DNA of 64,000 nt from an uncultured Chlamydiae bacterium (GCA_963713615.1 CAVQMM010000001.1:2976001-3040000); one strand, 5' to 3'. Positions 1 through 10,361 are shown, counted from the stretch's first letter. The notes: a model not told the origin generated them from the sequence alone. Translations and numbers: made by a program.

Positions 1-430
1 TTTGAATGAGCTCGGTGGTACGCATGAACAAAACACGGAACTTGTGCTCTAAGAGTCCCGCTCCAATTGCAGCTGCCAGATGTGTTTTACCAACTCCTGA
101 GGGGCCAAAAATCAGAATGTTTCTGCCCTCGCGTAGCCAGTTCCCACCTGAGGCTAATGTACAAATCAACGTCTTATTGAGCGATGTCACTTTGAAGTCG
201 AAGTCTGTAAGTGTTTTACCTAGGGGCAGGCAGGATTCCTTCAGGTGCCTGATCATACGACGATCCGTTCTTCCTGTTAATTCGTGTTCACACAAGACTT
301 TCAGGCATTTGGCGCTTCCCCACCCTTCAAGGTCCGCTTGATGACTCATTTCTTCCCACAAAGCGGCCATTGTTGGCAGGCGAAGCTGCTTGAGTAGTAT
401 CGGTAGTACTGCTTCTTCTTTTGTAACCAT
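1..430 (-). CDS. istB: IS21-family helper ATPase IstB (3' end runs off the window)
   Basis: Manual translation from ATG at 430: MVTKEEAVLPILLKQLRLPTM...KTLTDFDF...NILIFGPSGVGKTHLAAAIG (Walker A); directly downstream of istA. Confidence 0.9.
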   Translation of the reverse strand, partial: MVTKEEAVLPILLKQLRLPTMAALWEEMSHQADLEGWGSAKCLKVLCEHELTGRTDRRMIRHLKESCLPLGKTLTDFDFKVTSLNKTLICTLASGGNWLREGRNILIFGPSGVGKTHLAAAIGAGLLEHKFRVLFMRTTELIQ

Positions 431-446
431 GAATCTTCTCCTAAAT

Positions 447-1943
447 TTATAATGTGGCGTGCTTTAACAGCTCGTCGTATGAGCCAAGATCGTGTTGTTC
501 AATCTCTACCAGAGGGACAACGTGCTTCGCTTCCTTAAAGTGTTGCTGTAGCTCTTCAAAGCTTGGTATGCGTTGCTCGTTTAGTGCCTTTCGAAGCTCG
601 GCTGCAATTTGTTGCTGGTGACCGTCTGCAGCCAGCTTTAAGATCCTCACCATTTCCTTACATGCCATACGCTCATCAAGCCGCGCATCCAGTAACACCC
701 AAGCCTGGCGAAATTCATCGCTGGGAAATAAATCATCTCTAAAGATGTAGTGTCGAAACGCTTGAGGCTTGCGGACAAGCTCAGGAATGACATGGCGATA
801 GTCGATGTTTCTTGGGCGAGGACCCGTCTTGCTCCAACGTAATCGCGGAAAAGTAATGATATGAGAGGCTGCATGAAAACACTCTAATCGGTCGTCATGA
901 ACGTGTACCGTTAACGTATGACCTATCAAGCGCGAAGGCACTGCATAATATGCCTGTCGTACGGTTATGATGCCCGTGGTAGGAACACCGACGTTTTCTA
1001 TATCGTGACTGCCTACCTTATGTTTTGGGAGAGGCTTTAGGTGCTTTCGTTCTTCAGCTACTTCAGCCTGACGTCGCGAATTGTCACTTTTAACAATTTC
1101 ATCGACAAAGTTTCGATACTCTTGCAGTGAGGAAAAGTCTCTAGAACCCCTCAGGCGCAGCTTTTGATCGATTTTATTTTTAAGATGTCTGTGCGAACTT
1201 TCAATACTGCCATTTTCATGCTTTACTCCTTTATTGTTTCGCGTGGGCTTTACATCATAGTGTGCGCACATTTCATTGTACGCGTTTGTAAGGTCCTCTC
1301 TTGCTGATTCATTTAGATTTTTATATGCCGCTGAAAGACTATCGGTACGATGGGTTTCAGGTACCCCACCTAGCTCCCATAACGCATTTTGAAAACCTGC
1401 AGAGAGAGCTACATGGGACTCTCCTCCCAGAATGACAAAGGCATATGCCCAGCCGCTGAATGGAACCCTGAAATGATACAGCAAATGAGGAAGCGAAGTA
1501 CCCTCTATTGTTACATGCAGTTCATCGCAGTTGGTAAAGTCAGAAATGCCCTGAAAACCGGGAGGGTGGTTTTGCCGAAAGATCCGTTCCTTCTCCCTTC
1601 CATGGAGTGCTTTCCATTGCCGAACCCTTCTTTGTAGGGTTCTAAGTAGGCTGTCGGGATATTCCTGTGGATAGCGTTCCTGGAGATCCCGCATTAAGGT
1701 AATGGGCGTTAGGAACGGATCTCTTTCCAACAGGGGAACGAACTCGGTCCTCCAGACTTTCGCGAAGGGGTCTGATGAAGATCCAGATTTGGAGCGATAC
1801 TCCTTGATATGAGTGCCTTTCTCGAAGCGCTTAGCGCTTCGCGTACTAATACCCGCTTTGGCAGCGGCAGTGGCCTGCATGCTGCCACCGTTTCTAATTT
1901 GCATATACAACCTCAATTGTTCTTTCGTAATTCTATTTGACAT
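447..1943 (-). CDS. istA: IS21-family transposase IstA
   Basis: 498 aa; N-terminal HTH, DDE core (SDFT, RTDSLSAA, HENGSIESSH), YAVPSRLIGHTL Mu-like C-terminal domain. Confidence 0.93.
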   Translation of the reverse strand: MSNRITKEQLRLYMQIRNGGSMQATAAAKAGISTRSAKRFEKGTHIKEYRSKSGSSSDPFAKVWRTEFVPLLERDPFLTPITLMRDLQERYPQEYPDSLLRTLQRRVRQWKALHGREKERIFRQNHPPGFQGISDFTNCDELHVTIEGTSLPHLLYHFRVPFSGWAYAFVILGGESHVALSAGFQNALWELGGVPETHRTDSLSAAYKNLNESAREDLTNAYNEMCAHYDVKPTRNNKGVKHENGSIESSHRHLKNKIDQKLRLRGSRDFSSLQEYRNFVDEIVKSDNSRRQAEVAEERKHLKPLPKHKVGSHDIENVGVPTTGIITVRQAYYAVPSRLIGHTLTVHVHDDRLECFHAASHIITFPRLRWSKTGPRPRNIDYRHVIPELVRKPQAFRHYIFRDDLFPSDEFRQAWVLLDARLDERMACKEMVRILKLAADGHQQQIAAELRKALNEQRIPSFEELQQHFKEAKHVVPLVEIEQHDLGSYDELLKHATL

Positions 1944-2056
1944 CCTAACTCTCGCTTAAGTTTGGGGACGTCAGCATTCTAAATGCTCTCTTGCAAGCTC
2001 CCAAGAAAGGACTGAAAGATTTGAGGGATTGGGCCGTTGATTCTGGCCTGTTTTTA

Positions 2057-2242
2057 GGTGCCAACCGACTGTCGTCGGGCGGTGATGGGAGGTGCCAACC
2101 GCGTGTCGCGGGTCGGTGATGGAGGAGGTGCCAGGAGGTTGTCGTCAGTCGGTGATGGAAGGTGCCAACTCGCTGACGCCGGGCGGTGATGGAAGGTGCC
2201 AACTGCGTGTCGCCGAGGTGCCATCATCACTGTCGCCGTACA
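2057..2242. repeat. IS21 end-repeat array: six GGTGCCA-N7-TGTCG-like units, period mostly about 34 bp
   Basis: GGTGCCAACCGACTGTCG, GGTGCCAACCGCGTGTCG, GGTGCCAGGAGGTTGTCG, GGTGCCAACTCGCTGACG, GGTGCCAACTGCGTGTCG, GGTGCCATCATCACTGTCG, mostly linked by CGGTGATGGRA. Confidence 0.85.
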
Positions 2243-2713
2243 CTCAGGCAGAGCTGTGATCTCGTTGGATTTGCTATCAACAGCTACTTGCCCTAAAACT
2301 AAACGGTTTTGCGTAGCCCAGGCAGACACTGCATGTAAGGCTTCTTTACCATTCTCAGGATTGGCGCTTGCGCGAGCTGTTTTGCCATCAATCGCTATGA
2401 CCTCTTTGCAGGGCTTTTTCAACGTGTTTGTAAATTCTACAAAGCAATGATGAAAGGTCTTTGGATTGAGCCTAGACATTACACGCCCAAATGTATCATG
2501 GGATGGTACACCATTAGGCAGAGGGACAACCGCTGCAAAAAGATCAAAATTAGCTTCACAATAATCGTGCATTCCCACCCATTCATCAATACCAGCCATA
2601 GCTGAACAGATGGCGATGAAGATAATGCTCATTAAGGGATGTTTTTTTGTGCGATCAATTCTGGGATCTTCAATTTGCTGAAAAACAATCTTAAGACGCT
2701 CTGCTGCTGACAT
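2243..2713 (-). pseudogene. ISAs1-family transposase, N-terminal half, interrupted by IS21
   Basis: IEDPR, GVPSHDTFGRV, IAIDGKT and KSNEITALP motifs; homology stops at the IS21 end; ISAs1-type terminus CAGGGCGATCGCAT at 2784. Confidence 0.88.
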
Positions 2714-3037
2714 TGTTATCTCCTCTATAGTGTGATGGCGAGGAGATATAATACCTAGTCAAAAATTTAGATGCGATCGCCCTGGGAGAATCTCCGAAGT
2801 CATCTGATCCTTTTTGCGCAAAAACTGTAGAGGCCAGAAGACGCTCACACCGGTGGGACCACGTACTGAGGCGCCGCACAGAGCTTCACGGAGAGTGATG
2901 ATCTTATCAGGATCGTTTTCGAGAGGCTTGTTAGTCATATGACCTGGGCTATCCTCGCGTTTTCAAGCATTATCACACTATCTTCAAAAATGGATTAAGG
3001 AACGTAGCCTATGACATTATACATATTGTAGGGTGAT

Positions 3038-3082
3038 TGCCTAAACCCAGAATCGAACTGATGACCTTCGCATTACGAATGC
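3038..3082 (-). other. 3' half of a tRNA-Thr(CGT); probable att site or island boundary, not an intact tRNA
   Basis: Minus strand GCATTCGTAATGCGAAGGTCATCAGTTCGATTCTGGGTTTAGGCA gives anticodon arm (CGT), variable loop, TTCGA T-loop and 3' acceptor strand; no D-arm or 5' half upstream. Confidence 0.75.
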
Positions 3083-3356
3083 TCAACCCCTCTATGCTGA
3101 CAGCAAAGAACAATACTTAACGGTCTTGTTCTATGCGAGTTGAGATGCTAGCATTGCTGCTGCTTTTTGTCCATTACAGAACGTTTCGGGGCATTACTGT
3201 GACAAAAGCGTGAAAATTCAAAATTTTAATATCGGCTATGACTTTGGGGGTAGAATAGCTTGAATTCATCAAAAAGAGGAACAGTGAATGCAGTTTCACC
3301 ATTCAGGAGGCTCGAAAGGGCTAGTGAGCTGGGTCGAACTTGCACCAGTTTTACTC

Positions 3357-3457
3357 CAAACTTGGGTCAAACTTGGGTCAAACTTGGGTTAATATAATCT
3401 CCCTCAAAGGGTCTAAGAAGGGATGTGCCCCCGCAAATTGGGTCAAACTTAGGTCAA
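3357..3457. repeat. 11-bp tandem repeats CAAACTTGGGT (x3 at 3357-3389, about x2 degenerate at 3434-3457)
   Basis: Direct reading; a further degenerate GGGTCGAACTT at 3331. Confidence 0.8.
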
Positions 3458-3464
3458 GCCCGTG

Positions 3465-5102
3465 TTATTTGCCAGGACCTGGGAACCATGCACTGGCACT
3501 AGTTTTTCCTTGAAGATGGATAAGTTCCTGGATTTTTAGTTCTCTTAATAGTTGCTTTATTTGATCACGGGAAAGAGCGGGCAAAACTTGATGCAACTCA
3601 TTAAATTTAGATCCCGTCTTAACGCTTGATTTTATGTGCCGTAGAAGTAGTTCCTTATTGGTTTCCTTGTCCAGCCCTCGCTTTCTAGTATAGGCTCCAC
3701 TTTTACCTGTAAGAGCATAGTACTGCTTACAGAGCATATATCTTACACCACGACCTTTTCCTATGCGTTCAATAATTCCCAAATCCACTAAATGGTTGAG
3801 ACGGGACTTTAGTTCAGGAGGGTTTGAGGGGATGGAACGCTCATTATGCACCAGATCCAAAATTAAGAAATCCTCGGTATTGAACGATGCGAGTCGTTCC
3901 TGACCAATCTTTTCTAAAAATCGCAGAAAGCTCTCATCTTGAATCTGACCGTCTAACTGCAATGCAACCTCATACTCATCCGTATTGTCAAAATTTGGCA
4001 GAGGTTTACCCTGCTTGATGCTCTCTTCAAACATCGTATCCGCGCCTTGTCCTGCTCGTTCGACAAGGCCACACTTGGCAAAAACCTCCGCTATGCGTCG
4101 GTTACGAGGTTGTTGCCTCCAAAGTATATTCTCAGGGGTAATTCCCGTTGGAAAACCTCCCGGGCTGACGATGGCAATCGTGCGCGGAAACTGCTTTATC
4201 CAAATGGAACCGGCCATTCTGTAATCTCGGTGACTAACGGCGTTCAGAATGGCTTCTCGGATGACTTTCTCGTTGAAGGTTGGAACGTTCCAAATGAACA
4301 GCCCATCCCGGAAGTGCTGAGTGTCATTCCTCAGGTTAATCTTCTCCCAAAGATCATTGTAGAAAGAGAAAAAACCCTCTCGATATTCGACTCTTTGTTG
4401 TGCCGGCCCGGTGACATGGCTAGAACGATATTCAAAAATGACTTCTGCTTGCGCTAGGTACTGCCCAAGGGCTTTTCGCGTTCCAAAGAGTATCAACGCC
4501 GCATAGGTGAGCCCTTTATTTATAAGGAGCTCAGTATCGCGCAGTAGCCTTTCGTTAGAGATCTTCTTAATGCCGGCGTTTCCTGAATGTCGAGACCACA
4601 GATCGCGGAAATGAGAGATTGCTTCGGGATTCAAGTCCTTTAAGGTAGCCTCTGGACATATTTGGGCTGTAAAGTCGGGCTCTCCTTCATTAAAGATATT
4701 TTTCAGCATGTCAGGTGTCATAGACACCAACTCTTCCCCTCTTCGCATCCAATATATGCCGTTATATTGAAGGGGAACACCGATAGGTCTAGAAGGAACT
4801 TTAAAGACCAGGACACGTCCTTTTTCGGTAATCATCTCCTCGACATCAATACGAATTTGCAATCTTTGAATCAGTTTTGACTTAATGTCCTCCAAATTCG
4901 GAAAGGCTTTACTACCGACTATGACCCGAGGTGGTTTATCAGTCACCCCTAGGACCATGTGTCCTCCGCCTTCGTTGGCCATTGCACAGCAATATTTAGT
5001 TAATTTGTCGGCATCAAAACTGGCCTTCGCCTCTTTGAACTCAAGGTGTTCATTTTCCTTTCCCACCATCCATGAACGAAGCTGGTCTGCAGTAGCATTC
5101 AT
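3465..5102 (-). CDS. AlbA_2 (Schlafen-like) + HATPase_c_4 + winged-HTH protein
   Basis: ENEHLEFKEA, AMANEGGGHMVLGVTD (AlbA_2); REAILNAVSHRDY, SPGGF, RNRRIAEVF, VERAGQG (HATPase_c_4). Confidence 0.85.
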   Translation of the reverse strand: MNATADQLRSWMVGKENEHLEFKEAKASFDADKLTKYCCAMANEGGGHMVLGVTDKPPRVIVGSKAFPNLEDIKSKLIQRLQIRIDVEEMITEKGRVLVFKVPSRPIGVPLQYNGIYWMRRGEELVSMTPDMLKNIFNEGEPDFTAQICPEATLKDLNPEAISHFRDLWSRHSGNAGIKKISNERLLRDTELLINKGLTYAALILFGTRKALGQYLAQAEVIFEYRSSHVTGPAQQRVEYREGFFSFYNDLWEKINLRNDTQHFRDGLFIWNVPTFNEKVIREAILNAVSHRDYRMAGSIWIKQFPRTIAIVSPGGFPTGITPENILWRQQPRNRRIAEVFAKCGLVERAGQGADTMFEESIKQGKPLPNFDNTDEYEVALQLDGQIQDESFLRFLEKIGQERLASFNTEDFLILDLVHNERSIPSNPPELKSRLNHLVDLGIIERIGKGRGVRYMLCKQYYALTGKSGAYTRKRGLDKETNKELLLRHIKSSVKTGSKFNELHQVLPALSRDQIKQLLRELKIQELIHLQGKTSASAWFPGPGK

Positions 5103-6201
5103 AATCTTTGCCTTTTTCCATGAGAACTTTCCTAAATTGGAAGTCTAAAGAAGCATATCAAGAATGATGCTCAGAGTCAATTTTGGATACCGTTTCTGGA
5201 TTGGTCGTTAGAGATGGGCCCTTTTTAGAACAATGTCAGGGAATCCCCTTGAAGAACAATATACTAGTGAGGGAATGGCTTGACCAGATCATACTAGAGG
5301 GGGAGGCTTGTCAAGATACAGAACATACGCATGAAAAGACAAAACATCAGGTTGTGGACTCAACCTCAAACTTAATGCTGGCTTATGCAAATATAAAGGG
5401 GATCGGGAACCCCTATTAACTCTTACATAGCTGTCAGCATGGTTTTGTAGAAAATTGCTCCAGTGTTGACACTGAGTGAAGTAGGGGGGCGGAACTGGGA
5501 GCTCACGATAGATTTATGCCATAAGCTGTGGCACAAATAGTTTTCCAGAGCAAAAGAGTATTCCAATTTTTAGCGCCCAAAAAGTCCTTCACTTCCGCCA
5601 GATAGCTCCTGTTTTTGGCAGGAAAGCAGGCTATTATTTCTTACATGAAGACTTCTCGAAACCGACTGAAAAGCACCGATTCACAGATACTTGAGGCCAT
5701 AAATGTCCGTGGACGACGCGGGTAAAAGATACATGAAGTACGTTCCCTTTTGGGCAGAGCATTCTAGCGACTTTTCTATTTGATGGTCATTTGATGGGTG
5801 AAGATGCTATCGATCTCGGAATGAATCTGAGCTCTAGGTAAATCCTTCTTATGACCCCATTTTCTTATTTGATTGTCATTTGATTTTCACGACAAAAGGT
5901 CGCCACCTTACGCCCAAACCTTGCTTCATTGAACATGCTTCTCGGGGCTTAATGCTCGGTTGACGGCCTGTGGGGTTTTGCGAGGTTTGCCATTGCAGGG
6001 TACAGCAAACTTAACATCCGATAACTTAGGTTATATATATCCTGGTGTGGGCAGAAGCGTAGCTTCACACCATGGATACCAGTCCGCCGTTCATACATGT
6101 TCTCTTACAATGTCTCCTATCGAAATGTGTACACCGGTAATAATTCTTTCCACTTTATCCTGAATCTGGTAATAATTATTACCAGATGGAGGTGCTGATT
6201 T

Positions 6202-7515
6202 ATGCTTGAATTGCTCAGAAAATTGATTTTGGACTTCGAAGAACTGCCACTCGAAACAGGGCTTCCGAGGCAATTAAAAATAGAAACCGTGCGCGGTAAG
6301 GCCACGATTTGCATCGGTGTCCGACGCAGCGGTAAGTCAACCTATATGTTTCAAGTGATGCAGGGGCTATTAGACCAAGGAGTATCCCGTCAAAATATCC
6401 TCTACTTAAATTTCTTTGATGATCGGTTGCACACACTCAAACAAACTGGATTGGACATTGTCGTTGAAGCTTACTTTTCACTTTATCCAGAAAAAAAGAA
6501 TACTGAGAAGGTGTACTGCTTCTTCGATGAGATTCAGACTATTCCTGGTTGGGAACCTTTTATAGATCGTTTGATGCGAACGGAAAATTGTCAGGTATTT
6601 ATCACCGGTTCGTCCGCAGAAATGCTTTCCAAAGAAATTGCTACACAAATGCGTGGGCGCGCCCTATCCTGGGAGATTTTTCCTTTTTCATTCAGGGAGT
6701 TCCTCGACTACAAGAATATTAATAGCACTGGTCCTTGGTCAACAAAACGGCAGCTTGTCATCAGAAAAGCTTTTGACGATTACTGGGAGAGGGGTGGATT
6801 TCCAGAAGTTGCAGGCTTCAACACTGCGCTGCGGATTAAAACCCACCAGGAATACTTCAACTCGGTCCTCTTTCGAGACCTGATAGAGAGGCACAATGTG
6901 ACCCACCCCACGGCAGTAACAGATTTAGCCTATAGATTGATTGATAATATCGGTGCGCCCTATTCCGTCAACAGCCTGACAGGTTACTTAAAGTCTTTAG
7001 GGCACAAGGTTCCTAAAGCGACTGTGTCAGAATACATCGAATGGTTTGAGGACGCTTATTTTCTATTTACTGTGCATATTTTCGATGCCTCTCTATCCCG
7101 CATCCACAATAATCCAAAAAAAATCTACTGTGTTGACCATGCGATGGTTCCTTCGGTCGCTTCAGGCATACTTGTAAACTCAGGCCATCTATTGGAAAGT
7201 CTGGTTTTTATAACGTTTCGGCGTGACGATCTGAAAGTTAGCTATTATAAAACAAAAAATGGGCGAGAAGTTGACTTCATTGTGCAAATGGCCAATCGCA
7301 CCAAGCAACTTTTTCAAATTTGCGAATCCTTAGCGGACCCATCCACCAAGACACGCGAGGTGACCGCACTTAACGAAGCTATGGTAGAACTCAAATTGAA
7401 GACAGGAACCATCATCACCCGAAATGAAGAAGGGCAAATAGAGGCCGAGGGTGGCAAAATTCACGTTGTGCCCATCTGGAAATTTCTTCTAATCTCGGGG
7501 GTTGAGGCTCAATAG
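6202..7515 (+). CDS. AAA_14 ATPase with C-terminal DUF4143 (PD-(D/E)XK-like) domain
   Basis: GVRRSGKS Walker A, FFDEIQ Walker B, ITGSS, GGFPE, KKIYCVD, EVDF; GGAGG RBS. Confidence 0.88.
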   Translation: MLELLRKLILDFEELPLETGLPRQLKIETVRGKATICIGVRRSGKSTYMFQVMQGLLDQGVSRQNILYLNFFDDRLHTLKQTGLDIVVEAYFSLYPEKKNTEKVYCFFDEIQTIPGWEPFIDRLMRTENCQVFITGSSAEMLSKEIATQMRGRALSWEIFPFSFREFLDYKNINSTGPWSTKRQLVIRKAFDDYWERGGFPEVAGFNTALRIKTHQEYFNSVLFRDLIERHNVTHPTAVTDLAYRLIDNIGAPYSVNSLTGYLKSLGHKVPKATVSEYIEWFEDAYFLFTVHIFDASLSRIHNNPKKIYCVDHAMVPSVASGILVNSGHLLESLVFITFRRDDLKVSYYKTKNGREVDFIVQMANRTKQLFQICESLADPSTKTREVTALNEAMVELKLKTGTIITRNEEGQIEAEGGKIHVVPIWKFLLISGVEAQ

Positions 7516-7707
7516 AACAGAATTTCGGTCTTAGAAAGTTGATAATATATCGGTAAAGGACGATTGGCTGTCAGGAAAAAAATGTTGCCCGATTTTTCGA
7601 ACTGAGATGAGATTGTGCAGCGAACCAAAGAAAACCGTTACCTTGTGAATACATCTGGAAACGACAGACTTTTGAGCCCTTCTAGCTTGTACGTGTCAAC
7701 AACCACT

Positions 7708-7862
7708 GAAAACGACCCATTTGGCGGTCGCCTAAACGACCCACTTGGCGGTCACTCAAAACGACCCACTTGGCGGGTCGCCTAAAACGACCCATCTGGC
7801 GGTCATCCAAAATGACCCACTTGGCGGTCGCTTAAAACGACCCACCCTTCACCGCGCTCCAT
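7708..7862 (+). repeat. IS21 left-end array, about 6 copies of a 25-bp AAAACGACCCAYYTGGCGGTC unit
   Basis: Direct reading; inverted counterpart at 10399-10626. Confidence 0.9.
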
Positions 7863-7957
7863 GTCCAAAATACCAAACTCAAACTCCTGCATCTCTTACA
7901 ATACTCCCACTCACTTTTAGTGAGACGAGAGGAACTTTGAGATACCAAGGGAAAACT

Positions 7958-9532
7958 ATGGTGCAAGGAAAGGAAAAAACCATGATTGAAAAAAGAGATA
8001 TCCTCATTCGACTGAGAAACGGTGATTCTATTCGAAAGGTAAGCCGTGACTTGGCGGTTCATAGAAGCATCGTTCGCGAACTATTTGAAGCCGCCATGAA
8101 AAACGACTGGCTGAATCCAAACATCGAAATGCCCAGTAATCATGAGATCGCGCAGTCAGATCTCGGATCATTTGAACACTCACCCCACCGCCTCGATGCT
8201 CACATTGACATTATCAAGCAATGGCATAACGAAGGAATGTCGGCAGTGGTGATCCAGAGATTGCTCAGGGAAACGCATTTCTGTTGTTGTGGAATAGGCG
8301 CTTTGCGCAGGTACATCAGAAAGACGTGTCCAAGACTTCCAGATCCCGTGATGGTACGTTCCACAACAGCAGGTGATGCAATGGAGGTCGACTTTGCCTT
8401 CCTTGGCTATTTGTGGGATGAGTCACTAGAGAAACCTAAGAAGGCTTGGGTCTTTTCTGCTCGCCTCAGGCATTCTCGCAAAGCATACAGAAAAGTTGTC
8501 AGAAGACAGGATGAGACAACGTTTCTGATGTGCCATATCCACGCATTTGAACATTTTGGAGGAGTACCAAGTCGAGTCGTTTTGGATAACCTCAAAGCCG
8601 GAGTCATCAAAAGCTGTATTGATAACGATATGCTCAATCGCTCTTACAAAGAATTAGCTGAATACTATGGGTTTATGATCTCTCCATGCCTACCTCGTAC
8701 TCCTCAGCACAAGGGTGGTGTAGAAAATGACATGAACTATATTAAACGCAGCTTTTGGCCAGAAATCCGAGAAAAGCAAAAAACACACCCCCATCTATCC
8801 TTAAATGAAGCTCAAGAAGTGCTGAACAGATGGGATCATGAAGTTGCAGATGTCCGTAAAATACATGGGGTTGGACGTTCGCCTACAGAAATTTTTGCTG
8901 CTGAGGAAAAGGGGGCTCTCCGGGATCTGCCTGAACATCGATGGGAACCAACAACTTGGTTTCAGTGTATTGTAGGAAGGGATTGGCGCATCAGGTATGA
9001 AGGCGCACACTACTCCGTTCCATACTATTTGATTGCACAAACGGTTCAAGTACGCGTGACATCACAGTTTGTGCATGTATTTTTTGAGTATCAACAAGTC
9101 GCTAGTCACCCTAAAGCTACAATAAAGGGGCAATATCAAAGGAATCCCCATCACGCTCCACCTTTTAAAGAAGTCGTCTTAAGCTGTACCAGAGAGGGAT
9201 TATTGTTACAAGCTCAAGAGTTAGGAGTGAATGTGCATCGATTTTGCAAAAAAATGCTTTCAGATCCACATATCGATAAGCTCAGGCCAGTTCGTTGCTT
9301 ACTGGGATTGGCGATGAATTACGAGGCCAGCAGATTGGATAAGGCTTGTGAAAGAGCTCTTACCTACAAAACAATCCAATACCGCAGTGTGAAGGACATA
9401 TTAGAGAAGTGCTTGGATCAAGAACCCTTCTCATATGCAATTAACCAAAGCCCCACCGCTAACTTCAAATTTGCTCGTGATCCGCAGGAATATCGAAGTG
9501 AAAGCGAGGACATCGCGCTGACAAGCGAATAG
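7958..9532 (+). CDS. istA: IS21-family transposase IstA
   Basis: HTH, EVDFA, VLDNLKAGV, PQHKGGVE, YSVPY; ATG 7958 follows an AAGGGA RBS; the upstream ORF extension is just the end repeats. Confidence 0.93.
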   Translation: MVQGKEKTMIEKRDILIRLRNGDSIRKVSRDLAVHRSIVRELFEAAMKNDWLNPNIEMPSNHEIAQSDLGSFEHSPHRLDAHIDIIKQWHNEGMSAVVIQRLLRETHFCCCGIGALRRYIRKTCPRLPDPVMVRSTTAGDAMEVDFAFLGYLWDESLEKPKKAWVFSARLRHSRKAYRKVVRRQDETTFLMCHIHAFEHFGGVPSRVVLDNLKAGVIKSCIDNDMLNRSYKELAEYYGFMISPCLPRTPQHKGGVENDMNYIKRSFWPEIREKQKTHPHLSLNEAQEVLNRWDHEVADVRKIHGVGRSPTEIFAAEEKGALRDLPEHRWEPTTWFQCIVGRDWRIRYEGAHYSVPYYLIAQTVQVRVTSQFVHVFFEYQQVASHPKATIKGQYQRNPHHAPPFKEVVLSCTREGLLLQAQELGVNVHRFCKKMLSDPHIDKLRPVRCLLGLAMNYEASRLDKACERALTYKTIQYRSVKDILEKCLDQEPFSYAINQSPTANFKFARDPQEYRSESEDIALTSE

Positions 9533-9602
9533 AAAAACTATTTTGCATCTGCTTGTACAAGCAGATGCAATTTGAAAAACCCAAAACAAAAAGAGAGATT
9601 CT

Positions 9603-10361
9603 ATGGACGATACAGTTCTACTAAGTAAAAAGATGGAAAAGCTACGAATGAAAGGAATGCTAATGACCTATGATCAAAGGTTAAAGGCAGCCCGCGAGGA
9701 ACACTGGAGCTATTCAGCATTTCTAGACACCCTGTTAACAGATGAAGTGGAGCAACGAAATCATGCACAGCTAACCCGACGACTTGCTAAAAGTATGCTG
9801 AATCCAAACAAGACGCTGGAAACCTTCGACTTTGGATTCAACAGCAAAATCCGCCCGTCGACGATTCGAGAACTTGCCTGTTGCAAGTATATAGACGAGG
9901 GCCAAAATATTTTATTCGTAGGCAAAAGTGGAGTAGGTAAAAGCCACTTAGCAGAGGCTTTGGGCCATGAGGCATGTCGCCGAGGGATTGATGTTTTGTG
10001 CTATCGCACACATAAACTTTTCGACTGGATACATAGCGGAAGAGGAGATGGCTCACACAAAAGGCGAATGGAGCAAGCCATCAAGATCCCTCTTTTAATA
10101 ATGGATGATTTTGGGCTACAGTCGATGCTTGAATGTCAACAAGAAGACCTATACGAAGTGATTAATGAGAGGTATGAGAAAAGGGCGTTAATCATTACAA
10201 GTAACCGAGATATGAGCGAATGGCCCACCGTATTTTCGAATCCTCTGATAGGTACAGCAGCCATGGACCGCTTGGTGCATAAGGCGATAGAGGTAGTGAT
10301 TGACGGGGGAAGTTACCGGCTAGATGAGTTTAAGAAACGCAGTAAGCAGAGAACCAAATAA
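9603..10361 (+). CDS. istB: IS21-family helper ATPase IstB
   Basis: KTLETFDF, GKSGVGKSHLA, LLIMDDFG, ITSN, AMDRLVH, GGSYR. Confidence 0.95.
   Translation: MDDTVLLSKKMEKLRMKGMLMTYDQRLKAAREEHWSYSAFLDTLLTDEVEQRNHAQLTRRLAKSMLNPNKTLETFDFGFNSKIRPSTIRELACCKYIDEGQNILFVGKSGVGKSHLAEALGHEACRRGIDVLCYRTHKLFDWIHSGRGDGSHKRRMEQAIKIPLLIMDDFGLQSMLECQQEDLYEVINERYEKRALIITSNRDMSEWPTVFSNPLIGTAAMDRLVHKAIEVVIDGGSYRLDEFKKRSKQRTK

Larger units (their letters stand above)
1..2242 (-). mobile_element. IS21-family element 1 (one end outside the window), inserted into an ISAs1 transposase gene
   Basis: istA-istB; terminus 5'-TGTACGGCGACAG on the minus strand at 2242, followed by an array of internal repeats. Confidence 0.85.

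Noticed and set aside
3038..3120. Intact tRNA-Thr gene
   Set aside because: No D-arm or 5' acceptor strand, mismatched T-stem, no CCA
5645..5725. 26-aa ORF resembling a DUF6088/AbiEi-like N-terminus
   Set aside because: Too short and no continuing homology found
7708..7862. IS21 end arrays (also 2057-2242 and 10399-10626) as CRISPR arrays
   Set aside because: No unique spacers; they abut TG...CA IS termini and are inverted at the two ends of element 2
7745..7957. N-terminal extension of IstA and ORFs 10384-10760 and 1945-2202
   Set aside because: Translation of end repeats; better start with RBS at 7958
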